64,000 nt of DNA from a bacterium (lineage in GTDB: Bacteria > UBA8248). Every line of letters starts with the position of its first letter. Position 1 is the first letter of the stretch. Positions 33,716-47,464 of the stretch are shown here, in pieces. Under the pieces are notes generated by a model. It did no database searches. It saw only the letters and a list, made by a program, of their open reading frames with translations, and was not told where the DNA came from. The stretch lies in NCBI GenBank assembly GCA_965207065.1, contig OZ242260.1:3904001-3968000 (forward strand), read 5' to 3'. The translations under genes were made by a program, and so were the position numbers.

Positions 33716-33956
33716 GGCTGTTGAGATCACTGTCAAGTGGGTTGACAGGGTTTCGCAGCCGGAAAGGCGCAGGGGCCTGTCCCTACGGTAAGCGGCGGTT
33801 CTCCCGCAACCTCCCAGGCCCGAAAACCACCCCCCCCTACCCCCCCTGACAGGGGGGTAAAGGCGTTCGCTGCCCCGGCGAGGGGTGAAAGAAAAGCCCC
33901 CCTGACAAGGGGGGTTGGGGGGTTGCTCCTTTGGCAAAGGCTTTTTCAACAGCCCC
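33716..33956. mobile_element. MITE-like element with CCCCCTGACAAGGGGG hairpins
   Basis: 33897-33956 is a near-exact reverse complement of 42643-42704; left end approximate. Confidence 0.6.
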
Positions 33957-33957
33957 A

Positions 33958-34399
33958 AGGAGGGAACGATTGCGGAAGGCAGATCAAATGATATGGACGC
34001 CGCCCCGGTTTGAGATCACAATTTGTGATCTCAAGTCGTCGAATTCGGGTTTCGTGAGCTGAAACATGAAATGCGCCAGATGATATTGCTCGTCATTCCG
34101 GAGAAAGCCGGAATCCAGAACCAAGGAGAATGACTATCTTTGGGTATTTCATTCCCCCATTGATTAGGGGCGCAGGCAGGAAAAAGCAAAAGACGAAAAT
34201 ACAAATTCCCTGGATTCCGGCATTCGCCGGAATAACGGCTGTCAGCGTTCTATATTGAAAGAGCAAGTAAGATTTTGTAGCCCTGTGCCTGCCCGAACGC
34301 CCCTTTGCCTTGGTGGCTGGGTCTGTGATGGCGTCCTCGGCCAGTTGTGAGAGATGACGGCGAAGCGATTCCGGCGCATCGAAGGTTTGGAACCGCCCT
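33958..34399. repeat. About 450-bp imperfect direct repeat, copy 1 (ORF6N fragment, REP pair, ParD-like C-terminal fragment)
   Basis: Collinear with 35159-35621: aaggag.aacgattgcggaa, palindrome, gaaacatgaaatgcgccagatgatattgctcgtcattccgg, acaaattccctggattccgg, ctcggccagttg...tttggaaccgccc. Confidence 0.8.
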
Positions 34400-34488
34400 G
34401 CAAGAGAAACGCGCCGCAGGGGCCGGGGACGGGGAGTTCGAGTGCGCCTGCCAGTCGTTCGTGAAGGGCCCTTTGCCCCAACGCTATC

Positions 34489-34794
34489 CTACGCCGCCGT
34501 TTGCCGGGGCTTCACCCGTTTGGATATCTCGCGGCCTTGGGCGATCTCGGCCCGGCGAAGCTCCCAGGTCTTCTGCAGGTTCATCCAGAGCTCTGGCGTG
34601 GTTCCGAAATAACGCGCCAGGCGCAGCGCCGAGTCCGCGCTCACGCCCCGCTGGCCGTTCAGTATCGTCGTGATCCGGTTCACCGGCACGCCGAGCGCCT
34701 TCGAGAGCGCATTGGCCGAGAGACCCAGCGCGTCCAGTTCCTCGCGCAGTATCTCGCCCGGATGCACCGGTCTCATGGCGTTTTTCACGTTCAT
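34489..34794 (-). CDS. higA: HigA-family antitoxin
   Basis: MRPVHPGEILREEL, NRITTILNGQRGVSADSALRLARYFGTTPELWMNLQ. Confidence 0.93.
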   Translation of the reverse strand: MNVKNAMRPVHPGEILREELDALGLSANALSKALGVPVNRITTILNGQRGVSADSALRLARYFGTTPELWMNLQKTWELRRAEIAQGREISKRVKPRQTAA

Positions 34795-34806
34795 ACGACC
34801 ATCCTT

Positions 34807-35085
34807 TCAATGGTAGTCCACAATTTCCACGTCATAGGGGCCGTCGTCTTCCCAGTAAAAACAGATGCGCCATTGCGCGTTGATCCGAATGCTGTACTGA
34901 CCGGCCCGATCGCCCCGTAACGCTTCGAGTCGGTTGCTTCGCAGAGCCGCCAAGTCCTGGAGCATCTCCGCGTTGTCCAACAAAGTCAGACGACGCACCG
35001 CCTGTTCAGCGAACCCTTGAAACGCCGCAACGCGATGCCCTTCGAAGAATCGTCTCATATCCCGGTTCCTGAAACTTCGGATCAT
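34807..35085 (-). CDS. higB: HigB-family (RelE-like) toxin
   Basis: MIRSFRN, NRLEALRGDRAGQYSIRINAQWRICF, VEIVDYH; toxin-first gene order. Confidence 0.93.
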   Translation of the reverse strand: MIRSFRNRDMRRFFEGHRVAAFQGFAEQAVRRLTLLDNAEMLQDLAALRSNRLEALRGDRAGQYSIRINAQWRICFYWEDDGPYDVEIVDYH

Positions 35086-35105
35086 GCGATGAAACTATAT
35101 CGGGT

Positions 35106-35122
35106 TTTACGCGATGCGTAAA
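35106..35122. promoter_or_regulatory. Putative HigA operator palindrome TTTACGC-GAT-GCGTAAA
   Basis: Perfect 7-3-7 inverted repeat about 20 nt upstream of higB. Confidence 0.6.
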
Positions 35123-35158
35123 TAGGCATTCTTGCAATCGATCTTGTCAATTGCGAAC

Positions 35159-35621
35159 AAGGAGGAAACGATTGCGGAATCCGGAGCAGAAGAAGTTGAT
35201 ACCGCCTGCCGCCCCAACTTGAGGTCACAAATTGTGACCTCAAGTCGTCGAATTCGGGTTTCGTAAGCCGAAACATGAAATGCGCCAGATGATATTGCTC
35301 GTCATTCCGGCGAAAGCCGGAATCCAGAACCGATTGGAGTAAATATCCCGGAAATTACATTCTCACATTAACAAGGGGTCGGCGGGAAAAAGCAAAAAGA
35401 CGAATATACAAATTCCCTGGATTCCGGCTTTATCCGGAATGACGTTCGTCTGCTACCGATTCTGATCAGGTAGGCGGAATTTCGTAGGGGCAGGCCCCCG
35501 TGCCTGCCCACATTTCGTGATCGTCCTTACATCTCGGCGGCGGGGTCAGATACGGCATTCTCGGCCAGTTGCGATAGATGCCCACGAAGCGATTCCGGCG
35601 CATCAATGGTTTGGAACCGCC
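35159..35621. repeat. About 450-bp imperfect direct repeat, copy 2
   Basis: See 33958-34399. Confidence 0.8.
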
Positions 35622-35805
35622 CCGCCTCGATGTCGGCGATCCCGACGTCGGCTGCCTCGCGCAGGGCTTGCAGCCGAGCCTCGTCCTCCGCCGTCAGGTC
35701 GACTTTGAGCTTTAGCATGAGAGGCTCCTTTTGCGGATTGGGCGCAATCAGGTAATGCGAATCGCCTCCGGGGAACAAGCACGATTTTCCCGCAAGCCGT
35801 TTCAT
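35527..35805 (-). pseudogene. Chimeric ORF ending in a ParD-like antitoxin C-terminus
   Basis: EDEARLQALREAADVGIADIEAGRF is typical of ParD C-termini; the RHH N-terminus is missing. Confidence 0.5.
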
Positions 35806-36215
35806 TTTCGTTCGCCGCCCTCGGGCGAAAACCCGATTCTACGCTTTTCCCCAGGATCCGGCGGGGCCATCAGTTCCCGGATGGCGTCGAAGACCACCTT
35901 GAACTGCTCGTCGTATTTCTTCTCCAGTTCGGAGAGCTTGCGCGCGAGATCGGCATGGCTTGCAGGCATCCGGCGCAACTCCACGAAGGCGCGCATGATC
36001 TCGATATTGACCCGAATCGCCCGTTCGCTGCGCAGTACGCTTGAGAGCATGGCGACGCCCTGCTCGGTGAACGCATAAGGGGGATACCGCCTGCCACCCC
36101 AACTTGAGGTCACAAATTGTGACCTCAAGTCGTCGAATTCCCGTTTCGTAAGCTGAAACATGAAGTCCGCCGGGAAGCGTTCGATGTTCCTCCTGACGGC
36201 CTGTACGAGGACTGT
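35802..36215 (-). pseudogene. 5'-truncated ORF6N-domain DNA-binding protein
   Basis: [21 protein letters not shown]...[34 protein letters not shown]; upstream codons of the track ORF are repeat-derived. Confidence 0.75.
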
Positions 36216-36917
36216 ATCGGAGTCACAATCCTTCCCGCACTGGTCGGGATAGGCCCCTTGAGGTCGGGCTTCCCCGAAGAGAAGAAGGAGGCTCCAAACC
36301 ACTCCCCCCTTGAGGGGGAGTCGAAGAGGCCGAGCGATTTGTGCGAAGGCCGATTCGGTGGGGGGACATGCCACGGATAAAAGCTCCCCCCACCAACGCG
36401 GCTGCGGACATTGTCCTTGCCGCGTTGACTCCCCCTCAAGGGGAGAGTGTTTAGGTGGCACTCTGCAAGGGTGGAATGAAGTCATCACTCTTCTAGGCCA
36501 GCTACATACGACGGAGCACGAAAGCAGGGCTTTTTCAACAACACCGAATAGGAGCAGTTCGAATGTGGCCCCGCCTTGGCATGGCCGACCCTGTTGTCAT
36601 TCCTAATACTGCGTACTTTTGAATTAGAATTCCTATGCAGGAAGGTGGTTTTTGCTCGTCATTCCGGCTTTCGCCGGAATGACGGCTCTAAGCAATCAGT
36701 TCTGAATGAAAATGAGGAATTGTGTAGCGGACAGGCCTCAGCGTCTGTCCGAGGCCTCCGTGCCTGCCCGCCATCGGAAAACGGCCCTGATTATGTTTTC
36801 AGCGGGCGATTCTCGAATAGTGGGGCAGTCCTGAGGAAGGGCGGCCCCTTTGGACTATCGCCTTCGTTGAGAGCCTCGCACAGTACTTCTGCGCTGGCTT
36901 TGTGTTCTCCACTTAAA

Positions 36918-37880
36918 CTAAAGCCTGAGTGGTATTCCTGTGACCCAAACACGGTCTGCAGGATCTTCCACTCCAGCATCGGCAAGCAAGGTTACGAACG
37001 CCTCCCGAATTGCAGCAGGATATTCTGTTGGTCCAATTATAATTCGATCCAAAATCTCTGGAATCTCCATCCCAATTAGACCCTCTTCAGGAATGTTTTG
37101 AAGAGGAATTTTATATACGGGTTGTGGTGTCCCTCGGAGCACCTCAATTTCTTTTTTCATTCGAACCGGCTCTTCTATTGTGGGAGTGTATATGAGTCGC
37201 CATTCATTTTCTTCAAGAAATCCTGGATGTTTAGTGCACAATACGGCAAACTTAAAAGTATTGAACAAATGAAAAATCACCATTTCCCGACCAAGTGAGC
37301 GGAGAAAATCTATGTTTTCTTCAATCTTGTTGACCACTCTCTCGAACTCCATTCGGAAATTTACATCGTTCAAATATGCTACGGGACTGGAATAAACTTG
37401 CATTGGTGCAAAACCGTCTAAAAATGGCCCATTGTTAAAGACGAGTGCAACACCCGTCGATTCACTATATGCCCTCCACATAGATAAGCGTCCATTCATG
37501 TCCTCTGTATTGGGATGTTCGGAAAAGCACGTGATATATGCATTAGTCTGGAGAACAGGATCCCAGGTACGGAACAGATTTTCGATTTGATCGGTAATCC
37601 CCACGAAAATACTGTTCAGAGTCGCTTGTAGTTTCTGGCCGATATCTCCACGATATGCCTCATAAAAACAATCCAGCCCTTGCTTTATTTCCATGAAGTC
37701 GTTCATGCAGGAAGTTTTTCGCATCCAGAATGTCTTGGTATTTATTATTTCCATCGCAACGCTTGCACTAGTATAGTGAACTAAGCGCGTTTTGTTTTCT
37801 TGCAGTTCATTCATCTTGTCCATCGCGTATGGATGAAAGATATTCAGTAGTTTGTCGTGCTCAAAATCAATATCGGTCAT
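36918..37880 (-). CDS. DUF2971-like domain protein, low GC
   Basis: HYTS, MNDFME, ITCFSE, LSMWRAYS, KHPGFLEENEWRL, RIIIGP; probable start 37880. Confidence 0.8.
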   Translation of the reverse strand: MTDIDFEHDKLLNIFHPYAMDKMNELQENKTRLVHYTSASVAMEIINTKTFWMRKTSCMNDFMEIKQGLDCFYEAYRGDIGQKLQATLNSIFVGITDQIENLFRTWDPVLQTNAYITCFSEHPNTEDMNGRLSMWRAYSESTGVALVFNNGPFLDGFAPMQVYSSPVAYLNDVNFRMEFERVVNKIEENIDFLRSLGREMVIFHLFNTFKFAVLCTKHPGFLEENEWRLIYTPTIEEPVRMKKEIEVLRGTPQPVYKIPLQNIPEEGLIGMEIPEILDRIIIGPTEYPAAIREAFVTLLADAGVEDPADRVWVTGIPLRL

Positions 37881-38127
37881 ATATGCGCCTTTTTTATTTC
37901 TATATATGAATTGGAAGGCGTTTTTGATTTTCATTTCAGAAGAACGTCACTCCGGCGCATGCCGGAATCCAGGCAGATAAGAATCGTATCTGCTTTGGAT
38001 CCCAGATCAAACCATTCCGGAATGACGAACAAAAACAATATCGGGCGGACACGGTGGTCCGCCCCTACAAAACCTTCTCGCCTGCCAAATGGGTTAGTCT
38101 CGCAAACCCTCCTTCACCAGTCGGAAT

Positions 38128-38862
38128 TCACCCCCCCAACCGCTTGAACGCCTCCGTCCCTCTGAACGAGGAATCGGGCTTGACGCCCTCTACGGGGGTT
38201 TTGCCTTGGGAATCTTTTGCGGCGGGGTCGGCGCCGGCGTCGAGGAGGGCTTCGATCACCGCGAGGATGACGCCGTCTTTCGCCGCCGCGTAGTGGAGCG
38301 GCGTCCGCACACGGTTGTCCCGCACGTCGGGGTTGGCGCCCGCCGCGAGCAGGGCCTTCACGATGGCGGGGGCCGAAGTGCGCATCCCCGCCCAGTGCAG
38401 GGGCGCCAGGCCCTTCCTGTCCGGCGTGTTCACCCGGGCGCCCGCACGCACGAGGATCTCCACGATGTCCGAGGCTTCGCCGAACGCAGCCGCCGCGTGC
38501 AGGGGCGTCCACCCGTATATGCCCTCCGCGTTCAGGTCGGCCCCGACGTCCAGCAGAGTCGTCACGACCTCGGGAGCCGCGTTGAACGCCACCGCCGCGT
38601 GCAGGGGCGTCGCGCCTCTTTCATCCGGCGCGTCCGCGTCGGCCCCCGCCCGTAACAGGACGGTCAACACCGCCGGGTTCTCGGCGTAGCACGCCGCCCA
38701 GTGCAGGGGCGTCCATCCCTTATTGTCCTGCACGTCCACATCGGCCCCGGCCTCGAGCAGGCTTCTCACGGCTTCCAGGGCGTCGTTGCCCATCACCGCA
38801 TGGTGTAAGGCCGTGGCTCCGTCTTTATCGCGAGCGTTCGGGTCGGTAGGTCCCGCAGACAT
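38128..38862 (-). CDS. Ankyrin-repeat protein (6 full repeats plus a partial)
   Basis: Repeated GxTPLHxAA...LLxAGADxx units. Confidence 0.93.
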   Translation of the reverse strand: MSAGPTDPNARDKDGATALHHAVMGNDALEAVRSLLEAGADVDVQDNKGWTPLHWAACYAENPAVLTVLLRAGADADAPDERGATPLHAAVAFNAAPEVVTTLLDVGADLNAEGIYGWTPLHAAAAFGEASDIVEILVRAGARVNTPDRKGLAPLHWAGMRTSAPAIVKALLAAGANPDVRDNRVRTPLHYAAAKDGVILAVIEALLDAGADPAAKDSQGKTPVEGVKPDSSFRGTEAFKRLGG

Positions 38863-38891
38863 CGCGTTTCTCCTGTCCTTGCCTCATCCGT

Positions 38892-39173
38892 TCAGGCTTG
38901 CTCATCGCCCGTTTCGGGCGGACCGCCTCTCTCGGCGAATTTCTCCGCGCACGAGACGCTGCAGAAAGAATGCCTGCCGCCGCCCGCGCGCTTCGTAATC
39001 CCGATGCGAGACGGGAAGAACGTCTCGCATTCCGGGCAGTTGAGCATCTCATCGTCGAGGCCGTCTTCGGCCTCGCGATTCTTCTGGGCTGCACGCCCAA
39101 ACCCGCTAAAAAGACTACGGATAAGATAATATATCAGCCAGGACAAAACCAGATAAAAAATGAATCGAAACAT
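38892..39173 (-). CDS. Small membrane-anchored zinc-binding protein (PP0621/YHS-TRASH-like)
   Basis: N-terminal TM (MFRFIFYLVLSWLIYYLI), CPECETFFP, FCSVSC. Confidence 0.7.
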   Translation of the reverse strand: MFRFIFYLVLSWLIYYLIRSLFSGFGRAAQKNREAEDGLDDEMLNCPECETFFPSRIGITKRAGGGRHSFCSVSCAEKFAERGGPPETGDEQA

Positions 39174-39246
39174 GAGCCGGGGCCTCACGAAAATCGAGTA
39201 GATCCAGAAACGCTACTCTACACCCTGAACCGCCGGATGGGAACGG

Positions 39247-42498
<3,252 letters not shown>

Positions 42499-42642
42499 GT
42501 ATCAGGCCACTCGCTCTAAAAAGGTGAATACAGGGAATTACATATTCGAGTTGACGACTTTTTCTTGGTGTTCAATTCATCATTCCCTCTCCAAAACCAC
42601 TCTCTGATGCTTGCGTTTTTCTCACTCCCCCCTTGAGGGGTC

Positions 42643-42896
42643 GGGGCTGTTGAAAAAGCCCTTACCAAAGGAGCAACCCCCCCTACCCCCCCTTGTCAGG
42701 GGGGCAAGAAAAAACAAAAGCCCCTCTACCGGTGGCGGACGTCGCCTTTTCATACCCCCCCTCGTCAGGGGGGCTTTTCTTCCAGCCCATCGTCGGGGGC
42801 GTCGCCTTTTCATACCCCCCTGACAAGGGGGGGTAGGGGGGGTTGCTTTTCAAGGCGAGAGGGTGCTGCCCTCTACCCCCTGTTTTCAACAACCCC
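42643..42896. mobile_element. MITE-like element between carA and carB
   Basis: ggggctgttgaaaaa ... ttttcaacaacccc ends; three CCCCC(T)TGTCAGGGGG-type hairpins; internal duplication cgtcgccttttcatacccccc. Confidence 0.65.
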
Positions 42897-42916
42897 TCCT
42901 CGCTCGCGTTTGCCAC

Positions 42917-44008
42917 CTACTCCCCCACGCAGAAGCTGAAGAACTCATCGAACAGCGCGCCCGCATCGTGCGGGCCGGGGCAGGCCTCGGGGTGGTACTG
43001 CACGCTGAATACTTTGGGCGATTCGGACTTGAGTCCCTCACAGGTCCGGTCGTTCAGGGATGAATGCGTGACAGCCACGCCAGCGGGCAGGCTCTCCGGA
43101 TCCACGGCGAACGAGTGGTTCTGCGAGGTGATGTCCACCTTTTTGGTGCTCAAATCCTGCACCGGGTGGTTCGCCCCGTGGTGGCCGAACTTGAGCTTGT
43201 ACGTCCGCCCGCCCAGGGCCTGCGCGAGTATCTGGTGGCCCAGGCAGATGCCAACGACGGGAACCCGGCCCATGATGTTTTTCACATTCTCGACGACGTA
43301 GCCGAGCGCCGCCGGGTCGCCCGGGCCGTTCGAGAGGAACACGGCGGCGGGCTTTCTCGCCAGCACGCTCTCGGCGGATTCGGATGCCGGCACGATTTCC
43401 AGATCGAACCTTTGGCCCAGCTCGCGGAATATGTTGTCCTTGGCCCCCAGGTCGTAGGCCACGCAGAGCGGACGGCCCGCGCGCTCGCCCCAGGTGTGCG
43501 CGGCCTCGCAGGTGACGCCTTGCACCATGTCGCGGCCGTCCAGCCCCGGACTCGCCTTCGCGCGCGCGATAAGATTTTCTTCATCCAGATCGGTGGAGGA
43601 GAGTATCGCCCGCAGCGCGCCCGCCTCCCGGATGTGGCGCGTGAGCGCGCGCGTGTCGACGCCCTCTATGCCGGGTATGCCCTGTTTCTTGAGATAGGTG
43701 CCCAGGTCCTCGTTCGCGCGGAAGTTGCTGTGGCGCCTGCAGACTTCCTTCACGATAAACGCCTCGACCCAGACGCGCCGGGATTCCTCATCGCCCGGGA
43801 TGACGCCGTAGTTCCCGATGTGGGGATAGGTCATCACCACCATCTGGCCGCGGTAGGAGGGGTCGGTGAGCACCTCCTGGTAGCCCGTCATCGCCGTGTT
43901 GAAGACGAGTTCGCCCTCCGCGTCCGCGTCCGCCCCGAAACTCGCGCCCCGGAAGACTCTGCCGTCCTCCAGGGCCAGGAGCGCCGGTTTGATTTTTCGT
44001 CCCTTCAT
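42917..44008 (-). CDS. carA: Carbamoyl-phosphate synthase small subunit
   Basis: FNTAMTGYQEVLTDPSY, LSNGPGDP, GICLGHQ, QYHPEA. Confidence 0.98.
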   Translation of the reverse strand: MKGRKIKPALLALEDGRVFRGASFGADADAEGELVFNTAMTGYQEVLTDPSYRGQMVVMTYPHIGNYGVIPGDEESRRVWVEAFIVKEVCRRHSNFRANEDLGTYLKKQGIPGIEGVDTRALTRHIREAGALRAILSSTDLDEENLIARAKASPGLDGRDMVQGVTCEAAHTWGERAGRPLCVAYDLGAKDNIFRELGQRFDLEIVPASESAESVLARKPAAVFLSNGPGDPAALGYVVENVKNIMGRVPVVGICLGHQILAQALGGRTYKLKFGHHGANHPVQDLSTKKVDITSQNHSFAVDPESLPAGVAVTHSSLNDRTCEGLKSESPKVFSVQYHPEACPGPHDAGALFDEFFSFCVGE

Positions 44009-45310
44009 GGGGTGAGCGCCTCCTGTGCCGAGATTTTCATTTCACCCTCTAACCTGCTCATCCGCACGTCCCCTCCGACGACGGTGGCGACGGCGCAGCC
44101 CTTGAGCTTCCAGCCCGCGAAGGGCGTGTTCCTGCCGTTGCTCTCGAAGGCGTCGGGGTCGACGGTGATCTCGCGCTCCGGGTCGAGAATCGTCACGTCC
44201 CCGGGAGCGCCCTCTTTCAGCGTGCCGTAAGGCAGGCCCAGCACCTCGCACGGCCCCGCCGTGAACTTCGCGATCATCTCGGGCAACGTGAGCACGCCCC
44301 CGCCCACGAGCCTGTCCAGCGCGAGGGATACGGCCGTCTCGAGCCCCACGATCCCGAACGGCACGGCGTCGAACTCCCTCTGGGTCTCGGCCTCGTAGTG
44401 CGGCGCGTGGTCAGAGGCGATGGCCGAAATCGTGCCGTCTCTTAAGCCTTCGAGCAGCGCCAGCCTGTTCGCCTCGTCGCGCAGCGGCGGCGCCATCTTG
44501 GCGGAGGAGTCGAAGCCGTGAATCACCTCGTCCGTAAGCGCGAAATGGTGCGGCGTCACCTCCGCCGTCACGCGGACCCCGCGCGCCCGCGCCTCCCGGA
44601 CCAGGTCCACCGCGCCCGCGGAGGAGACGTGCAGGATGTGGAGCCTGGCCCCCGTCAGTTCCGCCAGGCGGATGTCGCGGTAGACGCAGATGTCCTCGCT
44701 CGCCGCCGGGTTCCCCGACAGGCCGAGCAGGGTGGATACCGCGCCCTCGTTCATCACCTTGGCGCCCGAGAGCGTCATATCCTCCGCGTGGTCGAGAACG
44801 CTCACCCCCAGCATGCCGGCGTATTCGAGGGCTGCGCGCATCAGGGCGGCCGTCTTCACGGGCACGCCATCGTCGCTGAAGGCCACGGCGCCCGCCTCTA
44901 TCTGCTCGGCCATCTCGCTCAACTCCTCGCCCTTGAGACCCACCGAAACCGAACCGATGGGGAACACGCGGCAGGCGCCCACCTCCCGCGCGCGCTTGAG
45001 TATCCGCTCGGTGATGGAACTCGTATCGTTCACCGGGTCGGTGTTCGCCATGCAGGCCACGCCGGTGAAGCCGCCTGCGGCGGCGGCGCGGGTTCCGCTT
45101 TCGATGTCTTCCTTGTATTCCTGCCCCGGCTCGCGGAAGTGGACGTGCATGTCGATGAACCCGGGCGCGACGACGAGCCCCGCCGCGTCGATGATCTCAT
45201 CCCCGCCGCGCGGCAGGATGTTCTTCTTTCTGTGCGCGACCTTCCCCTCCTCAATCAGGATGTCGCATTTCTCATCGACGCCGTCTGCGGGGTCGATGAG
45301 GCGGCCTCCC

Positions 45311-45327
<17 letters not shown>
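44005..45327 (-). CDS. pyrC: Dihydroorotase (type I)
   Basis: DMHVHFREPG, HAED, HVSS, EVTPHH, SDHAPH. Confidence 0.95.
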
Positions 45328-46327
<1,000 letters not shown>

Positions 46328-46366
46328 AATCTTTCCCCCCTGTAACGCCCCGGCCTGCGGGCTCGT

Positions 46367-46891
46367 TTATCGTTTGAAAACGGCGTCCTGGCCGTCGGTT
46401 TCCTCCAGATGCACCCGCACCTCCTCGGGATGGACCGCCTCGATATTCTTCCCCACGAAATCGGCGCGGATCGGCAGCTCCCGCCCCCCCCTGTCCACCA
46501 GGATGGCGAGCCGCACCCTGCGGGGCCGGCCGAAGCCCACGAGCGCGGCCAGGGCGGCGCGCGCCGTGCGGCCCGTGTAGAGCACGTCGTCGACCAGAAC
46601 CACGTCCTTGCCCTCGCACGAGAAGGGGAGATCCGTTTTCTTGAGGCCGGTCCTCACCCCGCCGGCCTGATTCAGGTCGTCGCGGTAGAGCGTCACGTCG
46701 AGCGCGCCCACGAGCGGATGCACGCCCACCAGAGACTGAAGCTCCCGGGCCAGCCTTTCCGCGAGAGGCGCTCCCCTCGTGCGGACCCCGATGAACACAA
46801 GGTCCGACAGATCGGCCGTTCTCTCGATAATTTCATGCGAGAGGCGCCTCAGGGTGCGCCTTAGCTGCTCGGCGTCGAGTTGTTTCATCAT
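46367..46891 (-). CDS. pyrR: Pyrimidine operon attenuation protein / uracil phosphoribosyltransferase
   Basis: LDVTLYRDDL, VLVDDVLYTGRTARAA, DRGGRELPIRADFVGK. Confidence 0.96.
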   Translation of the reverse strand: MMKQLDAEQLRRTLRRLSHEIIERTADLSDLVFIGVRTRGAPLAERLARELQSLVGVHPLVGALDVTLYRDDLNQAGGVRTGLKKTDLPFSCEGKDVVLVDDVLYTGRTARAALAALVGFGRPRRVRLAILVDRGGRELPIRADFVGKNIEAVHPEEVRVHLEETDGQDAVFKR

Positions 46892-46938
46892 CAGGACGAA
46901 ATCCGGCCTTCGGGCGGTTTCAGGTCAAAAAAGGGCGC

Positions 46939-46971
46939 AAAAAAAACTCCATGCCCAAAGGGCATGGAGTT
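46939..46971 (-). terminator. Intrinsic terminator of the pyr attenuator
   Basis: mRNA AACUCCAUGCCC-UUU-GGGCAUGGAGUU plus U-run, upstream of pyrR. Confidence 0.85.
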
Positions 46972-47008
46972 CGAAGAAAAGACGAGGTAATGACAAGCAT
47001 CCGCGCTT

Positions 47009-47044
47009 CCTCCTTCGCCGCCTCACGGGACGACATTAAAGGGG
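47009..47044 (-). promoter_or_regulatory. PyrR-binding RNA element
   Basis: mRNA CCUUUAA-UGUC-GUCCCGUGAGGC-GGCGAAGG matches the CUUUAA...RUCCNGNGAGGY PyrR loop consensus. Confidence 0.8.
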
Positions 47045-47140
47045 AATTTCTCTATCACCAGTTTGTTTCCACCCGGTAAAGATCCGACCGGGCCATTTCG
47101 TGAAAACTAGCAGTCTTTGCAGGAAAGGGCAAGAGGAAAT

Positions 47141-47455
47141 TCAGGAACGCTTCAAAAAGTCCAGCGGCGCGCCCGAAAGGCTTTCATTCTCATCGGGGAC
47201 GTGAGCGGACTCCCCCAGAATCTCGAAAAGGGCGGATGCGTCTTTTTTCGACAGATTGCGCTTCGCCTCCCCGATGATGCGGATACGCAGGGTCTTGTTT
47301 TCAAGCCTGAGGCTCAGCACGTCCCCGATTTTCACCTGGGAGGAGGCTTTGGCCGTTTTCCCCCCGATATCCACCGCACCCCCGTCCGCCATGCTCTTGG
47401 CGAGGGGACGGCGCTTGACCAGGCGGCTAAGGCGCAAAAACTGGTCGAGGCGCAT
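47141..47455 (-). CDS. S4-domain RNA-binding protein (Hsp15/RqcP-YabO-like)
   Basis: MRLDQFLRLSRLVKRRPLAK...AKASSQVKIGD. Confidence 0.9.
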   Translation of the reverse strand: MRLDQFLRLSRLVKRRPLAKSMADGGAVDIGGKTAKASSQVKIGDVLSLRLENKTLRIRIIGEAKRNLSKKDASALFEILGESAHVPDENESLSGAPLDFLKRS

Positions 47456-47464
47456 TTCAGGTCA

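Noticed and set aside
33958-36683. Integron cassette array or CRISPR array
   Set aside because: No integrase or cas genes, no RYYYAAC/GTTRRRY attC structure identified, and repeat spacing is irregular.
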